Shown: positions 1-13,377 of the stretch, piece after piece | Layout: each line of letters begins with the position of its first letter | How positions within the stretch are numbered: the first letter of the stretch is position 1 | DNA from: the human T2T-CHM13v2.0 reference genome, Homo sapiens | DNA length: 64,000 bases | Assembly (NCBI RefSeq): GCF_009914755.1 | Contig: NC_060944.1 | Strand: one strand, 5' to 3' | Notes under the pieces: model-generated | Told to the model about the DNA's origin: nothing | What the model saw: only the letters and a program-made list of their open reading frames with translations | Database searches by the model: none | Program-made: the position numbers and the translations under genes

Positions 1-129
1 AATTATATATATTACATAAAGTATATATTATATATTTTAAAAGCATGTAACAATACATATTCATATATAACAAACATTATTTCACATAAACTTTATATTA
101 TATATGTGTAGATAGACATCTCTTTAATG

Positions 130-370
130 GAATCATATTGCTTATATTTGCTGTAATTTTGCTTTTTTACTTAGTTTCATGAATATCAGTTTAGTCATTA
201 AATATTCCTTTACATTTTAATAGCTGCTGAATATTTCACTTTTTAAGTTGATAGTATTGTATTTAATTATGGTATTAGTGCAGTGTATTAGTATTATAAT
301 CCTCCTAATGTTGCATTTATTTATTTTTTCCCTGATCATTTCTGTTATGAGGAACATCCTGTCAGTTAAA
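130..370 (-). mobile_element. Old L1M(E)-type LINE 3' fragment
   Basis: AT-rich; ttttaatagctgctgaatatttc and tgttatgaggaacatcc resemble the antisense L1M 3' UTR; boundaries approximate. Confidence 0.45.
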
Positions 371-1301
371 TAAGATTCTTTCCCTATGATGAATTTTCAG
401 GCGCCGCCTCCGAGGTCGGGGCTTCCTGATAATTGCCAGTGTCACCCTTGCCAGGTCACTCAGGCACGGGTCAGTGAGCGCTCAGGAAGCAGAGGCAGAA
501 AGGGCTCCACGTGTGCTATCACTAGTCAGATTATTCTGCACACAATAAAACATTCTTTTGTACAAAAGTGAAATCCCTAAGTCAAACTGTGGCTTATAAG
601 CAGAAATCCTGGTTAGTATTTCAAAGTTCTCTTAGCGTTTTCTCCTGCGACTTAAAAGACTTAAAAACGTGAAAAGACATGGACCTAAGACTCCAAACAA
701 AAATACATTTCTTTGAAACTAAATAGCTCTTAAGTAAGAAAAAATTCTATAGATCTTCAAATCATCCCCTAAGCAAAATATTCTCTAATTAAGTATTTCT
801 GTATTTCCATCTATGTTCTTCCCAGGCTTGGGGCTGTTGATCAGACCTATTTTTACGGGTAAGTTTCTAGGGGTCATAGAAGATACAGATTTTGACCTGC
901 TTAATGTCAAGAGGTTGCACGGTTGATTTGTCCAGTTGTGAATTCTATGAATGAAGCTTTTTGCTTAAATAAAACGATATTCCCCTCTGGCTGCTGTGAG
1001 CACCGGGAGACTTGTTTCGGCAGTGCCTGGGTGCTGGGGCAGGGCCGGTGGCCCTGGATCATCCGCTACCAACAGGACTTGCCTGTGTGCATCTGGTCCA
1101 CCCTCTCTCCACACCCAACTTCATGAGATGCACAGGGGCCTGTGTGCAGAGCAGGGCGAGTCTGCCAGGACAGAATGCCTGGGTCTGCTTGGTTGGGTCT
1201 CCACATGCGCTCAGGTAAATCTCAGTCTGTCGCTCATGCTCGTATTCACTGTGCTGACAAGCTCCAAGCTTGGACAGCGTGTTTAGTGTACCGCAGGATC
1301 A

Positions 1302-1489
<188 letters not shown>

Positions 1490-1663
1490 AACTGCCCAGA
1501 ATTTGAATGTTGTACTTGAAACCTGCTTGATCCTTAAAGTTCATTTCTAGTCATCTCCATCAATAAGCCTTTGGGTTTGAGAAGCAGAAGCTTACTATCC
1601 CAGCTAACTTGGGCCTTACAGGAAGATTGGGTTTCTCCCCTGGGGAAGAGTGGAGGGTTGCTG

Positions 1664-1795
1664 TTTACGGCCTGTCTACTCCTACCAAGCACTGTGCTAG
1701 GCATGATGAATGCCTTTCCTGCTGAATCCTCTTCTCACTAAGAGTATTGATCATCTCCATTTCACAGGAGAAATGGATCTGAAAGTGATGACATA
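1664..1795 (-). mobile_element. MIR fragment
   Basis: ccaagcactgtgctaggc...ctccatttcacagg matches the antisense MIR core. Confidence 0.55.
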
Positions 1796-2112
1796 ATGGC
1801 TGCCTTTTCTTAGAAAATCCCAAACCCTGGCCCCTCCTTTAGGTGCCTCCCCAAGCTCTCATTCTGTCTACTTCTTTAACTTTGTCCCATGTCCAGCCTT
1901 TCCTTCCTCTGGCTACACCAACCGCTTTTTAACACATGTTGCTTAACACATATTTAATGAGGGTCTACCTGTACCAGGTGTGAATAAAAGAGCATCCAGA
2001 GAGATAAAGGTACTGACTGTTGTTATTGAGAGATACTCATGCAGACATATGTATTTGTTAGAATAGGTATTCTAACAAAGTTCTTCTGGGTCCAAGGGCC
2101 TTTTCACTTCTT

Positions 2113-2390
<278 letters not shown>

Positions 2391-2841
2391 CCACCTCCCT
2401 ACACTTTTCATTCCTGCCATCTGGAACCCTTCTCCTTCTTGGTCTACACATGGGGGGATGTGCTTTCTCACCATCTCAGTGACTTCATCCACTTTGGAAC
2501 CTACCCCGATCATCTGATTAAAAATACTCCCTGTTCCCAGCCATCCTTGATCACCCCAGAGAACTTTCCACACTCTTGTTGTTCTTTAATTTGTCTACAT
2601 GAATATTTCTCAACAACAAGTGTCAGTACCTTTTTCTCTCTCGATGCTGTTGTATTCACACCTGGTACAGGTAGATCTTTATTAAATATGTGTTAACCAA
2701 ATAAATTGAACAAATATTTATAGGCCTCTTTCTGTGCACTTGACACTGCTCTAGGCACTGGGGATACAGCAGTGAACAAAACAAATAAAAATCTCTACTC
2801 TAGGAGGGAAAGACAGATACTAAGCAAAAGAGTGAATAGTT

Positions 2842-3378
<537 letters not shown>

Positions 3379-4364
3379 TTAGTTAGGACCTCAGGGAGAG
3401 ATGCACAGTGGTGGTGGGGTAAAGCAATCAGCCCAGAGACGAGGCCTGTCTGACAAGGTGAGACCTGAATGAAGTAAAGGAGCAAGTCATGGTGATGTCT
3501 AGGAGAAACATGTTCCAGGAAGAAGCACAAAAGTCCTGGGGCAGAGTCATGTTGGTCAATTTGGAGCCGCATGGCACCTGTGTGGCTGGTGTGGAGGGAG
3601 GAGGGCTAAATCAGAGGGCAGGTGTGGGGTAAGTGGTGCAAAGGCTTGTGGGCTGTGCTAAATATCTCAGCCTTTGGTGTCAAATGCAATGGGAGCCATG
3701 GAAGGGTTTTGAGCCAAGGGGTGGCATGGATAAATGAATGAGGTTACACAACTTGAGAGCAGAGAAGCTGGGATACAAACTGGGCTCTCTGAGTGCAGTT
3801 TGCTCCCACCCCGTCCCCCCACCCATCATTGCTGCATCTGTCCCTGGCCACGTGTTCTTCCCTGTGCATTTTATCATCAAAGTGAGGCCTTAGCCTTTCA
3901 CGGAAGCCTGGTTGTGGGGGCTTAGCCCTGACCTGGTGGCAGGGTCCATTTTGTTTTGTTTTTCCTGTTTGTTTGGGGACTTAGTGTCCACCCTTGGACC
4001 CAACGACCCTTACCCAGGTGCGGTGTCTTCCAGCTGATCCCACAGTGGGGCCCAGGTTGCATCAGCTCAGCCTTCCTTAGGCGCAGCATTTGCTCCCTCC
4101 CCGAGTTTGACACCCCACAGCCTGGCACGGTGCCAAGTATGAGTAAATTGGGCTCAGGGTTCCTGTTGTTCCTATTCACACAGCAGCTGCTTTCTTTACC
4201 GTGCCATGAACCTGATCTCCTGGCATTGTCAGTCAGCCCTCTCTTCTCAGGTGCCAAGGGGAAACGAAACTGGTTAGTCTCTGCAGGAAGCTGAGCCGTC
4301 TCCTAAGTGCCCACCCGGCTCCTTGTGCACTAATTACCAGACAGTGGACTGAACCTTTTGCATA

Positions 4365-4870
4365 TTTTATTAGTGAGGACTCTAAGTTTCGAGTGATTGG
4401 AAACCCAGTGGGTTTAAATCAAGAAGATTAATTTATGGCCCATGTCTCCAAAAGGCCGGGGAGGCCTTGGCGTTGCCAAGTTGGACATAAGGGCTCAAAT
4501 GACTCATCAGAATTAGGTCTTATTCTTTCCATCTCTGCTTTCTTCTGGAAACTTCTATTCTCAGGACCTAGCAAGATGCCAAAATCAGATTACATCCTAA
4601 TATCTCAATAAGCCCAGATTTACTTTTTAACATTTCTAGTAGACATCTGGGAATTGAGTCTCCATGCCCAGTCCTAAGCCTGTTGCTTTGCCCAGGGAAT
4701 GCAGTTCTCTGATCCGCCAGTTCTGGGTCACCCATTCAGCCCTGGAGCCAGCCTAGGAGTCAGCCCATGTGACCCTCCAGGACCAACGACATAAAGGGGA
4801 CAGTTTCTCAAGGAAGACTAGGGTCAAATTACCAGATACTGGATAGGCTAATATAACAGATGCCAAGTCA
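4365..4870 (-). mobile_element. MLT1K/L-like MaLR LTR
   Basis: agggctcaaatgactcatcag, ccagggaatgcagttctctgat and ctgggtcacccattcagccctggagcc resemble old MLT1. Confidence 0.5.
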
Positions 4871-4884
4871 CGCTCACTCTTTTA

Positions 4885-5025
4885 GTTAATCCTCGGAGAA
4901 CCCTGTGGCATAGTAATTATCCCACACTGCAGATGAAGAAGGTGAGGCCCAGAGAAGTTAAGCTGGCCAAAAGTATGCAGCTGGTAAGTGGCAGAGCCAG
5001 CATTTGAATACAGATTCGCCTTTCT
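4885..5025 (-). mobile_element. MIR
   Basis: cagatgaagaaggtgaggcccagagaagttaag...gtaagtggcagagccagcatttgaa. Confidence 0.75.
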
Positions 5026-5659
5026 GCAAAATCCATGCCACGAGTCTCCTGAAACTTGAAAGAAAAGTGTTAAAACAGGATCGAGATGATCCTTGATACC
5101 CACTGCCTAAAGCAGCCCTACTGGCATGAGCTCATTCCTTCTTCTAACTTCTTTGAAGCATTTCAGGTGAATTGGAAGTCTGTTTTCCAGGAAATCTGAT
5201 TATGGTGGCAAGTTCCTCCCAGCAAGAACAGAGAGGAGCATTCTGAGATTTTCCTGGAAGGAAATAAGCCTCTCCTACATTGCAGCATATTACCCAAATG
5301 TGGGAAAAAAAAAACATATGCCCATGACATTCTCTTATATAAATGTGTGGGGGCATGTTTCAAAAGCATATATATTAATATCTTCTGTGTGTATGTATAT
5401 AAATATAGGTATTTATCCCTCTGCTGGATTCATAAGCATCGAGTGATTCAAACATTAATTACAATCTCCTTGGTGAGGGAAAATATTTTTCCTTCTATCA
5501 TGTTCATTTTAGGATCATCTGAAGTTCATCTTTTTAGAGGGTACTGAATCATCTGGCAACACAATGTTCTTTAATTGTTAGATTGTATACACATTTTGGC
5601 GTTACTTTTTCTGAACCTCCTACTCCCTTGATTTTTATTATTAACTGTGAGAAATCACT

Positions 5660-5870
5660 TCAGTGTGCTAGGCATATACATTCGTATATATACACACACT
5701 GCTATTATTATATATAATCTCAATAAATTCTGACAATGCTTTGAAAGAGGCAGTACTATTATTGTTATTATGGATGAGGAAAGTGAGTTTAAACAATTTG
5801 CCTAATGAAACATGAAGATCATAGGGAATGATGGAATTGGGACTCAAATTTCGAGTTCTTTCACTTCAGA
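5660..5870 (-). mobile_element. MIR
   Basis: tactattattgttattatggatgaggaaagtgag...tttgccta. Confidence 0.55.
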
Positions 5871-6019
5871 AAGTGAAAGTCAGTTACTCAGCCTCAGAAC
5901 AACTGACATTTATCCATGCTATTAACTACTACACTATTATGGAAGTAGAGAAGAAAAAAAAAAAAAAAACACTGGAATTCCAAGCTTCCAAGGCTACCAA
6001 GGAGGCTAAAACATCTATT

Positions 6020-6810
6020 GGGGATTTAGTGGAAAATTTGCGGAAATCTATCATTGTTATAAGTGCATATGTTTCGATCCAGCAATTCCACTAGAAATGC
6101 TGGCACAAATGTGCAAGGATGTAAATATAAAAAATATTCAATGCAGTATTGTTTATAGTAGGGAAAGCTGGAAATACTTAAATGTCCATCACTAAAAAGT
6201 CAGTTAAATAAATTAGAGTGCATGATTCCAGTGGAGTGCAGTGTCACTGTTTCTTAAAGTAGGCAGAACCTCTAAATACAGGCATGTGGACAGGTAAATA
6301 AGAAATATTTTAATTTTTTTAGGTTGGCAAAGAAAGCATAATTCCAGTTTTAGGGGAAAAAAGTTAGCATCTATGTCTGCATGGAGACGGGATAAAGGTG
6401 AATGTAAATTTGATTGTGCATAAAAAAATTGCTGGAAAAATATAAATGAAACTGGTAACAGTGGTTACATCAGGGAAGTTTTTATTCTGGGGAAGGGATG
6501 TTCAGTTATACTTTATATGCCTTATTTATACTGTTCTCAACAGGAGGTGGTTTTGCCTCTCAGGGGACATTACCAAATGTCCCCGTTTTTGTTGTCACAA
6601 CTCAGGGAGTGGGGTTTGCTACTGGCATCTATTAGGTAGAGACCAGGAATACTGATAAATATTATCAATTACACAGAACAGCCCTCACAATGTAGGATCA
6701 TCCTGCCCAAAATGCCAATAGCACCAAGATTGAGAAACTCTGCTTGTAACCCTAAGTGTCTGAGTTTATTATAATAAGCATTCATTAATCTTGCACTTAA
6801 AAAAAAAATC
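6020..6810 (+). mobile_element. L1M 3' fragment interrupted by MER20
   Basis: gatccagcaattccacta, gcagtattgtttatagta and aaatgtccatca motifs; A-rich end near 6800. Confidence 0.65.
6530..6742 (+). mobile_element. MER20 (hAT-Charlie)
   Basis: gttctcaac...ggggacatt...gttgtcacaact...tgctactggcatct...ttgagaaactctg. Confidence 0.85.
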
Positions 6811-7338
6811 TCTGAAACATAGTCTCCATTCTGATACTTGAGTGGAATTATTGCTGCTGCTGCCTTCATAGATCAAATCAAAGTCACAACTTTAATACTT
6901 TGGCCATGTGGACATAATATACTTTTTCTTCCATTACCAGAACAATTTCTTCATTCGAATATAGGATTTGTATATATTTATCTTTCAGTCTCAAAGATAG
7001 GCAATCTTATAATATAGGTCCCATCTCACAGATTAAAAAAAAAAACTGATACCTGGGGAAGCTCATTGTTTTCATGGACAGCCAATGCCAGCTAGAACCT
7101 TGGTAAACAAATTTAATAGTTTCTGGAAATATTAAATTGCTTAATCTCAAACATCTGTACTTCGCTGGAGACTCAAAGAAAAAGCACTGAGCTATATTTT
7201 CAGTTCTTTAATTGGGATAAGAGGTAAGTTTCCTAAGTAATCCTTCATTCTCTATGAGAGGGTATGTACTCCATCATTTTGTCCTCCGAACAGAAATACT
7301 TCCTGCTCACCGGGCATTCACATTTCAGTTTGGAGATA

Positions 7339-7557
7339 CAGGGTGAGTATCCCTTGTTTGAAATGCTTAGGAACAGAAGTATTTCTGATTTTGGATTGTT
7401 TCAGATTTTGGAATACGTGCAAAGAGCATCCCTAATTCACATATTTGACATTTGTGATGCTCCAACGAGCCTTTCCTCTGAACGTCATATCAGCTCTCAA
7501 CGTTTCAGATTTTGGAGTCTTGGATTTCAGGTTTTCAGATTAGAGATGCACAACCTG
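7339..7557 (+). mobile_element. Tigger4a (MER46A) MITE
   Basis: Inverted termini cagggtgagtatccc...gatgcacaacctg, TA on the left flank, internal (cagatttt) repeats. Confidence 0.85.
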
Positions 7558-7957
7558 TGACACATATCTTCTGTCATATTCCGCTCTGTAGCGTAGCCAT
7601 GGTGTGTTGGGTTTTGACACATCAACATTCTGAGTGCAAGATGATACTGAGTGTGACTGGTGTGGAGTGAGCTGCGAGTGAAGTTTCTAATGAGGAGGAA
7701 AAGTGTGCTGTAAAATCTGTCATGGTCCTTGTGACACCAGTAGCTCTCACTTAGCAAGACACTAGCTACGGCCATCAGCGTGTCAGTGGCTCCAGGACAG
7801 AAGGAAGTTGCTGAGCCAAGGACCAAGACTTGAAGTGGCCTGTGTTAAGCACCCCCTTCACCAACTCTGAAGTGTAAGTCACAGAGTTCTTGGACCCCAG
7901 CCCCAGTTCCCCAACCTTTAAGGATGCAGACAGTGCTGCTTGTATGTTTTGGGGTGC

Positions 7958-8250
7958 TTTCTTTCTTTGTTTGTTTTTAGACATGGGGTCTCACTGTGTT
8001 GGCCAGGCTGGAGTACAGTGATGCAATCACAGCTCGCTGCAGCCCTGAACTCCTGGGTTCACGGGATCCTCCTACCTCAGCCTCCTGAGTAGCTGGGACT
8101 ACAGGTGCACACCACCATGCCCGGCTAATTTTTTGAAAATTTTTGTAGAAACGGGGTCTCACTTTTTTGCCCAGGCTGATCTTGAACTCCTGGCCTCGAG
8201 TGATCCTCCCAGAGTGCTGGGATTACAGGTGCAAGCCACTGCACCCAGCC
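7958..8250 (-). mobile_element. AluJ
   Basis: atcacagctcgctgcagccctgaactcctggg...gatcctcc are J-type diagnostics. Confidence 0.9.
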
Positions 8251-8280
8251 CTTTATTTTTAAAAAATTAATTCTCATATT

Positions 8281-8644
8281 TGTCAGGATGAGATAAGTTA
8301 TGTGGTGACAAAGAAAAATCCCCAAATCTCAATAGCTTAAAACAACAAAGATGCATTTACCACTCACACTCCATGCCCACAGTGGGTCAACTGAGGGCTT
8401 CTTCTGGGACTCCAGATGACTAGAGCAGCCACCATCTGACACCAGCATGGCCTGCCCCTGTGAGAAGGGAAGAGTACAGCGGGTCATACGCTGACTCTCA
8501 CAGTGACGTCCTCACTTCTGGTCACATTTCTCTCAACCTTCCGTGATTTCAAAAGGGTGGGGAAGTGCAGCCAGAAAATACACATGAGAATCCAAAAGGA
8601 GAAGAGACCCAGGATATTTGCAAATGGTTCTAGTGATTTCCACA
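8281..8644 (-). mobile_element. MLT1I/J-like MaLR LTR
   Basis: TG...CA ends; ccccaaatctcaatagcttaaaacaacaaag. Confidence 0.65.
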
Positions 8645-8889
8645 GTCCACTGGTAGTTGGTGTAAACATCATGTGCACATCTGAATTCCTGGATCCTTTT
8701 GAGAAATCACAGGACCTTGGGACAATATGCATGGTGTAGGAAAGGGGGCACTCACGAATAGTGACTCCGTTTAGACGAGACATTTCCCCCTCAGTTCCCA
8801 GGCTCTACCTATCCTGATTCATTCACCTAAGGAATCAGCTTTGTCCCTGTAGGAATTTGGATTGGCAACTTTTGAATTAAAGTCTAATC

Positions 8890-9085
8890 CAGTGGTAACA
8901 GTTCACCCATGGAGTCAGATAACCTGGCTTCGAATCTGGGAACCACCCTTATGGCTGAGTGGATTTCACTCTCTGCACCTCAGCTTCTCTACCTATGGGT
9001 AGTAATCCCGGAGGGATGTGGTGAGGCATAAGAGAAAATCCATATAAAGCACTTAAATGAGTGCCTAGGACAGAGACAACACAAC
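8890..9085 (+). mobile_element. MIR
   Basis: tggagtcagataacctggcttcgaatc...ctctctgcacctcagc...taaagcactta. Confidence 0.7.
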
Positions 9086-9189
9086 TGTTCCATCATCGTC
9101 ATCTTTCCAAAGTGCCACTCTGCATGTACCTTTAACTTACACACACAAAAATGGGGTCATACAGTAAGTGCTGTTGATGGACAGATATT

Positions 9190-9300
9190 GACCAGCTCTG
9201 CTCCTTTCTCTGTATCTGTTTCCTGTCTTATAAATCAAAAGGGTCGGCTCAGAAGCTTTCTGAGGTCCTTTCCAATTCTGACATTCTGTGACTCCAAGAT
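9190..9300 (+). mobile_element. MIR3-like fragment
   Basis: ctgaggtcctttccaattctgacattctgtgactc. Confidence 0.55.
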
Positions 9301-9929
9301 CCAAGGAGGGCCCCCAGATTCCTTCTTGAGCTTTCAAAGCATTCCCGATGTGTGCTTTAGAGTGGGTCTGGACAGTGTATCTGTCAAGGGGGCTGCAGGC
9401 AAGAGGGGAGACACGAAGCCAAACTATGAGACAAGCATGGGAACAGCCTTAACCGCAAGCTCTAGCCTTGAACCCATCCAAAGAACACTGATGTGAGCCA
9501 ACTGTGCATATCTGTTGATTAATCTTCCCAGGAAATGATGTTCTAGAACCCTCCACAGCCACGTGACCTCCGCCGCCAACATCAGCCATCATCTGGACTG
9601 GTCTTTTCATCCAGGGCACTCGATGGTGGCTAGCAAAAGGACCCCCAGCCCATGCTGAATGCCAGGATTTGTATTTTTATCTTGCCCTGCAGGCTGCCTC
9701 GCCTTGAGCAATGCTGTGTGATGACAGAGATATTATCACCCTAAGCTAAAATATTCACCAATAACGAGACAATGAAAACAGTTGCTAGAAGTCTGCGGTG
9801 AATGCAGAGGGAGCAAACTCTGTTAATTATTCAGGAAATCCTCTTCATAAATTCATTTAGATTTCTGCAAATGAGTTAGTATTTGATTAAAAAAAACAAA
9901 ACAAAACAAAACCCTGGGAACTCAGCCCA

Positions 9930-10150
9930 AGCAGTAGAGTAGGTATAGGCTTGAACAAGTTCAGGAATCAGACAGCCTTGGACGTTCAGCCCCATGACCT
10001 TAAACAAGTCTGTGCCCCCTCAAAACTTCTGTTACCTGTCTACAAAGTGGGGATGCTAATACTAACCTGTGGTGTTGGGAAGGTGGAACTAACAGGATGC
10101 ATTCTGTGTACTTCACAAAAGGTCTGGCTCATGAGCCCTTAATGCATGTT
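9930..10150 (+). mobile_element. MIR
   Basis: cctgtctacaaagtggggatgctaatactaacct core. Confidence 0.6.
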
Positions 10151-10424
10151 ATGAACAGGGTAACTTCACTGTGGCTTTCTTATTAACCATCCCTGTGTAT
10201 CGCTCTAAGGAGAGGGCAGAGTCTCAAGGCTATTCATGTTTGAATGAAGGTGCTGGAAAGAGACAGAGGCGTAAGGGATCCTGCATGCCTCATATGAAGA
10301 CACATGTGAACACAAGGAAACATGGCTCCAGTGTTGCAGCTGCTTCTGATTTTTCAAGATAAATTTTAAAAGCATAATATTTATTTGAAACCTCCTGATT
10401 TTTAAATGTTAACATTAAACAATG

Positions 10425-10900
10425 CCGGTTTGGCTTCTGTAAAACAGACTCTAACTCTTCATATCCTGAAAGATAACATGACTTTATTAAGGTATAATAG
10501 AAGCTTGTTTCTGTCTTATATAAAGGTCTGATATAAAAGTCTCGGTAAGTGGTTGAGAGCTAGCAGGACACTTCTTGGTGTTGGGATCCCAAGTACCTTC
10601 TCTTTGGTTGCTCTGCCACCGTAACACAAGGCTTCCTTCTGATGGTCCAAGATGGCTGCCCTGGATTCTACCATTATATGCACATTCCAGCCAGCAAGAA
10701 AGGAAAAGCAGTGGAAGGCAGGCCCCTCTTTTTAAAGATATAACCTGGAAATCACAAATATTACCTCCACTGACAGCTCAGTGTCTAGTGCATTGCCACA
10801 AAGCTGTATCTATCTGACAGAGGCTGGGAAATGTAGTCTCTATTCTGAGTGGTCAAATACCAAGAAACAGGAGATCTATGAGTGAAAGAAAAAAGAAACA
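10425..10900 (-). mobile_element. MLT1J-like MaLR LTR
   Basis: tggtccaagatggctgc, cattccagccagcaagaaagg and aggctgggaaatgtagtct. Confidence 0.7.
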
Positions 10901-11114
10901 AAGCTACAACAAGTAATTCAGACTTAAGAAAAACACTATGACAACCAAGCAAAATACAGTCACGGGCCATTTTGGAGCAAAAAAAAACCATTCTTTACTG
11001 AGGATGTGATAAGAGAGTGTCCTTATAATAAAATTCCTGTGTGTTAAAACTACTGCTGCCTTCAACATCAAAATAGGTTCCATGCATGGAGTGCATACCC
11101 CATGCATGGATGTG

Positions 11115-11305
11115 GTGTTAGGTGCTAAACATACATAGATTTTCGCTGACTCTGAAAACAGCCCTGCAAGGTAGACACCGTCGCACTTTTAATTGGCAGT
11201 GGAAACGGAGGTCAGAAGGGGAGACGGGATGTGGCCAAGTTAGTAAACAGGTTCGTAAGTGGCTGAGTGGCGATCCCATCTCAGGCCTGTCTGCCCCCAG
11301 CGCCT
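11115..11305 (-). mobile_element. MIR with retained CpGs
   Basis: acagccctgcaaggtag...ggaaacggaggtcagaagggg...gtaagtggctgagt. Confidence 0.6.
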
Positions 11306-11439
11306 TTTGTGGTACTCTGTGCTTGAATACAGCTGGCGCTGACCTTCCTCTCCGCTCAACATTCTGCATCATTCTCCATCTTGTGCAAAGGAGGAACTGA
11401 GAGCCACAGTGTCACAACATGGACTCCAGAGCCCCAGGG

Positions 11440-12130
11440 TAGAGCCGATCAAAGACAGCCCAGGACCCATTCTGACTTCTGGCCTTTCCCGTTGTTCTTT
11501 GATCTTTGTTTTCATAAGTTACAAATTCCTCCACCTACTTACATTTTTAAAAGAAGGGGAGGAGAGAGAGAGAGAGAGAGCAAAATAATAACTTCTTAGC
11601 CGGAACTGCTTTTCTTCAAAATCACGAATAATTGTTTTCCTGCTCTGTCTGGGAAGGCATTCCCCTCTCATCTTTTGCCCAGGACTTGGCAATCCACTTT
11701 CCATCTCCCCTTCGCTTGTCTTTCTTTAGCATCCACGTTCCGTGCAATCCATCATCAGAGCCATTACCCTCCTCCTGATCAAGGGTGGAATGGAAAAGCT
11801 CCCTCTCCCTTCAACACCTACCACCAGCTCTTTGATTTGCCGGGCGTGGGCAGCAGGAAAGTTTCCGGCGGATGACCTCAGACCCTCTCCATAGAGAGCC
11901 CCACCAGCAGCTCATCACCATCAGTCTGCAAAGTGAGAACTCAAGTCAGGCTCTTTGGAAACAGTCAGCAAATGGCTTCTAGTTCACTCAGTGCAGAAAA
12001 GCTTTTCTTTTTTCCCCTTTTGTATGGGATTTTGTGAGTGGGGGGTTCTAATAGCTGCTCACTACACACCTCCAGCCACCCACTGGGCTTGCCAGTGTTC
12101 TGTGCAACACGCCCTGCGTCACAGGTTTCA
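11440..12130. promoter_or_regulatory. Candidate enhancer
   Basis: Repeat-poor and CpG-retaining; three TCF/LEF cores plus ETS, KLF/SP, NF-kB-like and CRE-like motifs (motif evidence only). Confidence 0.4.
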
Positions 12131-12249
12131 ATAACAACAAACTCTGCACATTTTTAAAATAAAAATAAAATAGGTCAGAGATTCACCCAGCTGGCCAGTA
12201 AACCAGGGCAGGATTTCTCTCATTCATTCTTTATTCTACCGAAACTGTC

Positions 12250-12425
12250 TGAAACTCAGTCTTCATGCCTATGAAATGGACAGAATAATCATATCTATTT
12301 CATGAGGTTGTTGGGAGTATTCATTGACATCGTGTTTGTAAAATGCCCAGAAGCCCTTACAAAGGGCGTCAGGCCCTTTGTAAGCAGGAAAGGAAAGCTG
12401 GCTTGGATGAACATCGGCTATTGGT
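12250..12425 (+). mobile_element. MIR
   Basis: ctcagtcttcatgcctatgaaatgg...catgaggttgttgggagtatt. Confidence 0.65.
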
Positions 12426-12469
12426 ACTGAGCTAACAAAGCAGCTATGAGGACCAAAGAGGGGCCCCTA

Positions 12470-12900
12470 ATCCCTTCTCTAGCCTCTTTTCTCACCATTC
12501 CATGACTCCAATTTTGTGTTCTGACAATGTCAGATTCCTTCTAGTTTCCCTCATGCAACATGTTCTGACTGGGCCCCCAGCTCCTATTCACGGTGCTCTT
12601 CCAGTACGAATTCCTGCCCCCACCCCTCCCGTCTTCATGGTTAACATATATTCAACCTAAAACTCAACTGAGAGGTCACCTCCTCCAGGAACCATTCATG
12701 ATTGCCTCTTTACTTTTCCCAAGCTGAGGCACATCCCATCCCCAGTGACGTAGGGAGTCTTAGTTTATCTTTAATTTGATTTTTCAGACATTTTATGTTT
12801 TACTGTCTTCACCATTAGGTAGTGCCCTCCATAAAGGAAGCGCTTGTGTCATATATGTCTTTGAATTCTTAGGATTCAGCTTGGGATTGTACACTGAAAC
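12470..12900 (+). mobile_element. L2 fragment
   Basis: aaaactcaactgagaggtcacctcctccaggaa. Confidence 0.55.
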
Positions 12901-13053
12901 TGCTGAAACACCTCTCAGAGTAGACAAGGAAGGAAAGGAGAGACGAAGGGAGGTGGGGTGGGGAAGGAGGGAGAAAGAAATGGTGAATGAAGCACACAGC
13001 ACAGTGCCCTAAGGGGAAAAAAAGCAGCATTTGAATCAATAGTAGGTACTTTA

Positions 13054-13343
13054 GGCTGGGCAGTGGCTCACGCCTGTAATCTCAGCACTTTGGGAAGCCA
13101 AGGCAGGTGGATCTCTTGAGGTCAGGAGCTCGAGACTAGCCTGGCCAACACGGTGAAACCCTGTCTCTACTAAAAATACAAAAATTGGCCTGGCTTGGTG
13201 GTGCATGCCTGTAATCCCAGCTACTCCGGAGGCTGAGGCAAGAGAATTGCTTGAACCTGGAGGCGGACGTTGCAGTGAGCTGAGATTGTGCCACTGCACT
13301 CTAGCCTGGGCAACAAAGTGAGACTCAATCTCAAAAAAAAAAA
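13054..13343 (+). mobile_element. AluSx/Sz
   Basis: Full dimer; imperfect TSD atagtaggtactt / atagtggctactt, the right copy lying beyond the AT repeat. Confidence 0.93.

Positions 13344-13377
<34 letters not shown>

Noticed and set aside
555-568. 14-bp palindrome cttttgtacaaaag resembling an attB1 core
   Set aside because: The flanks do not match att sites, and palindromes this long can arise by chance in 64 kb.
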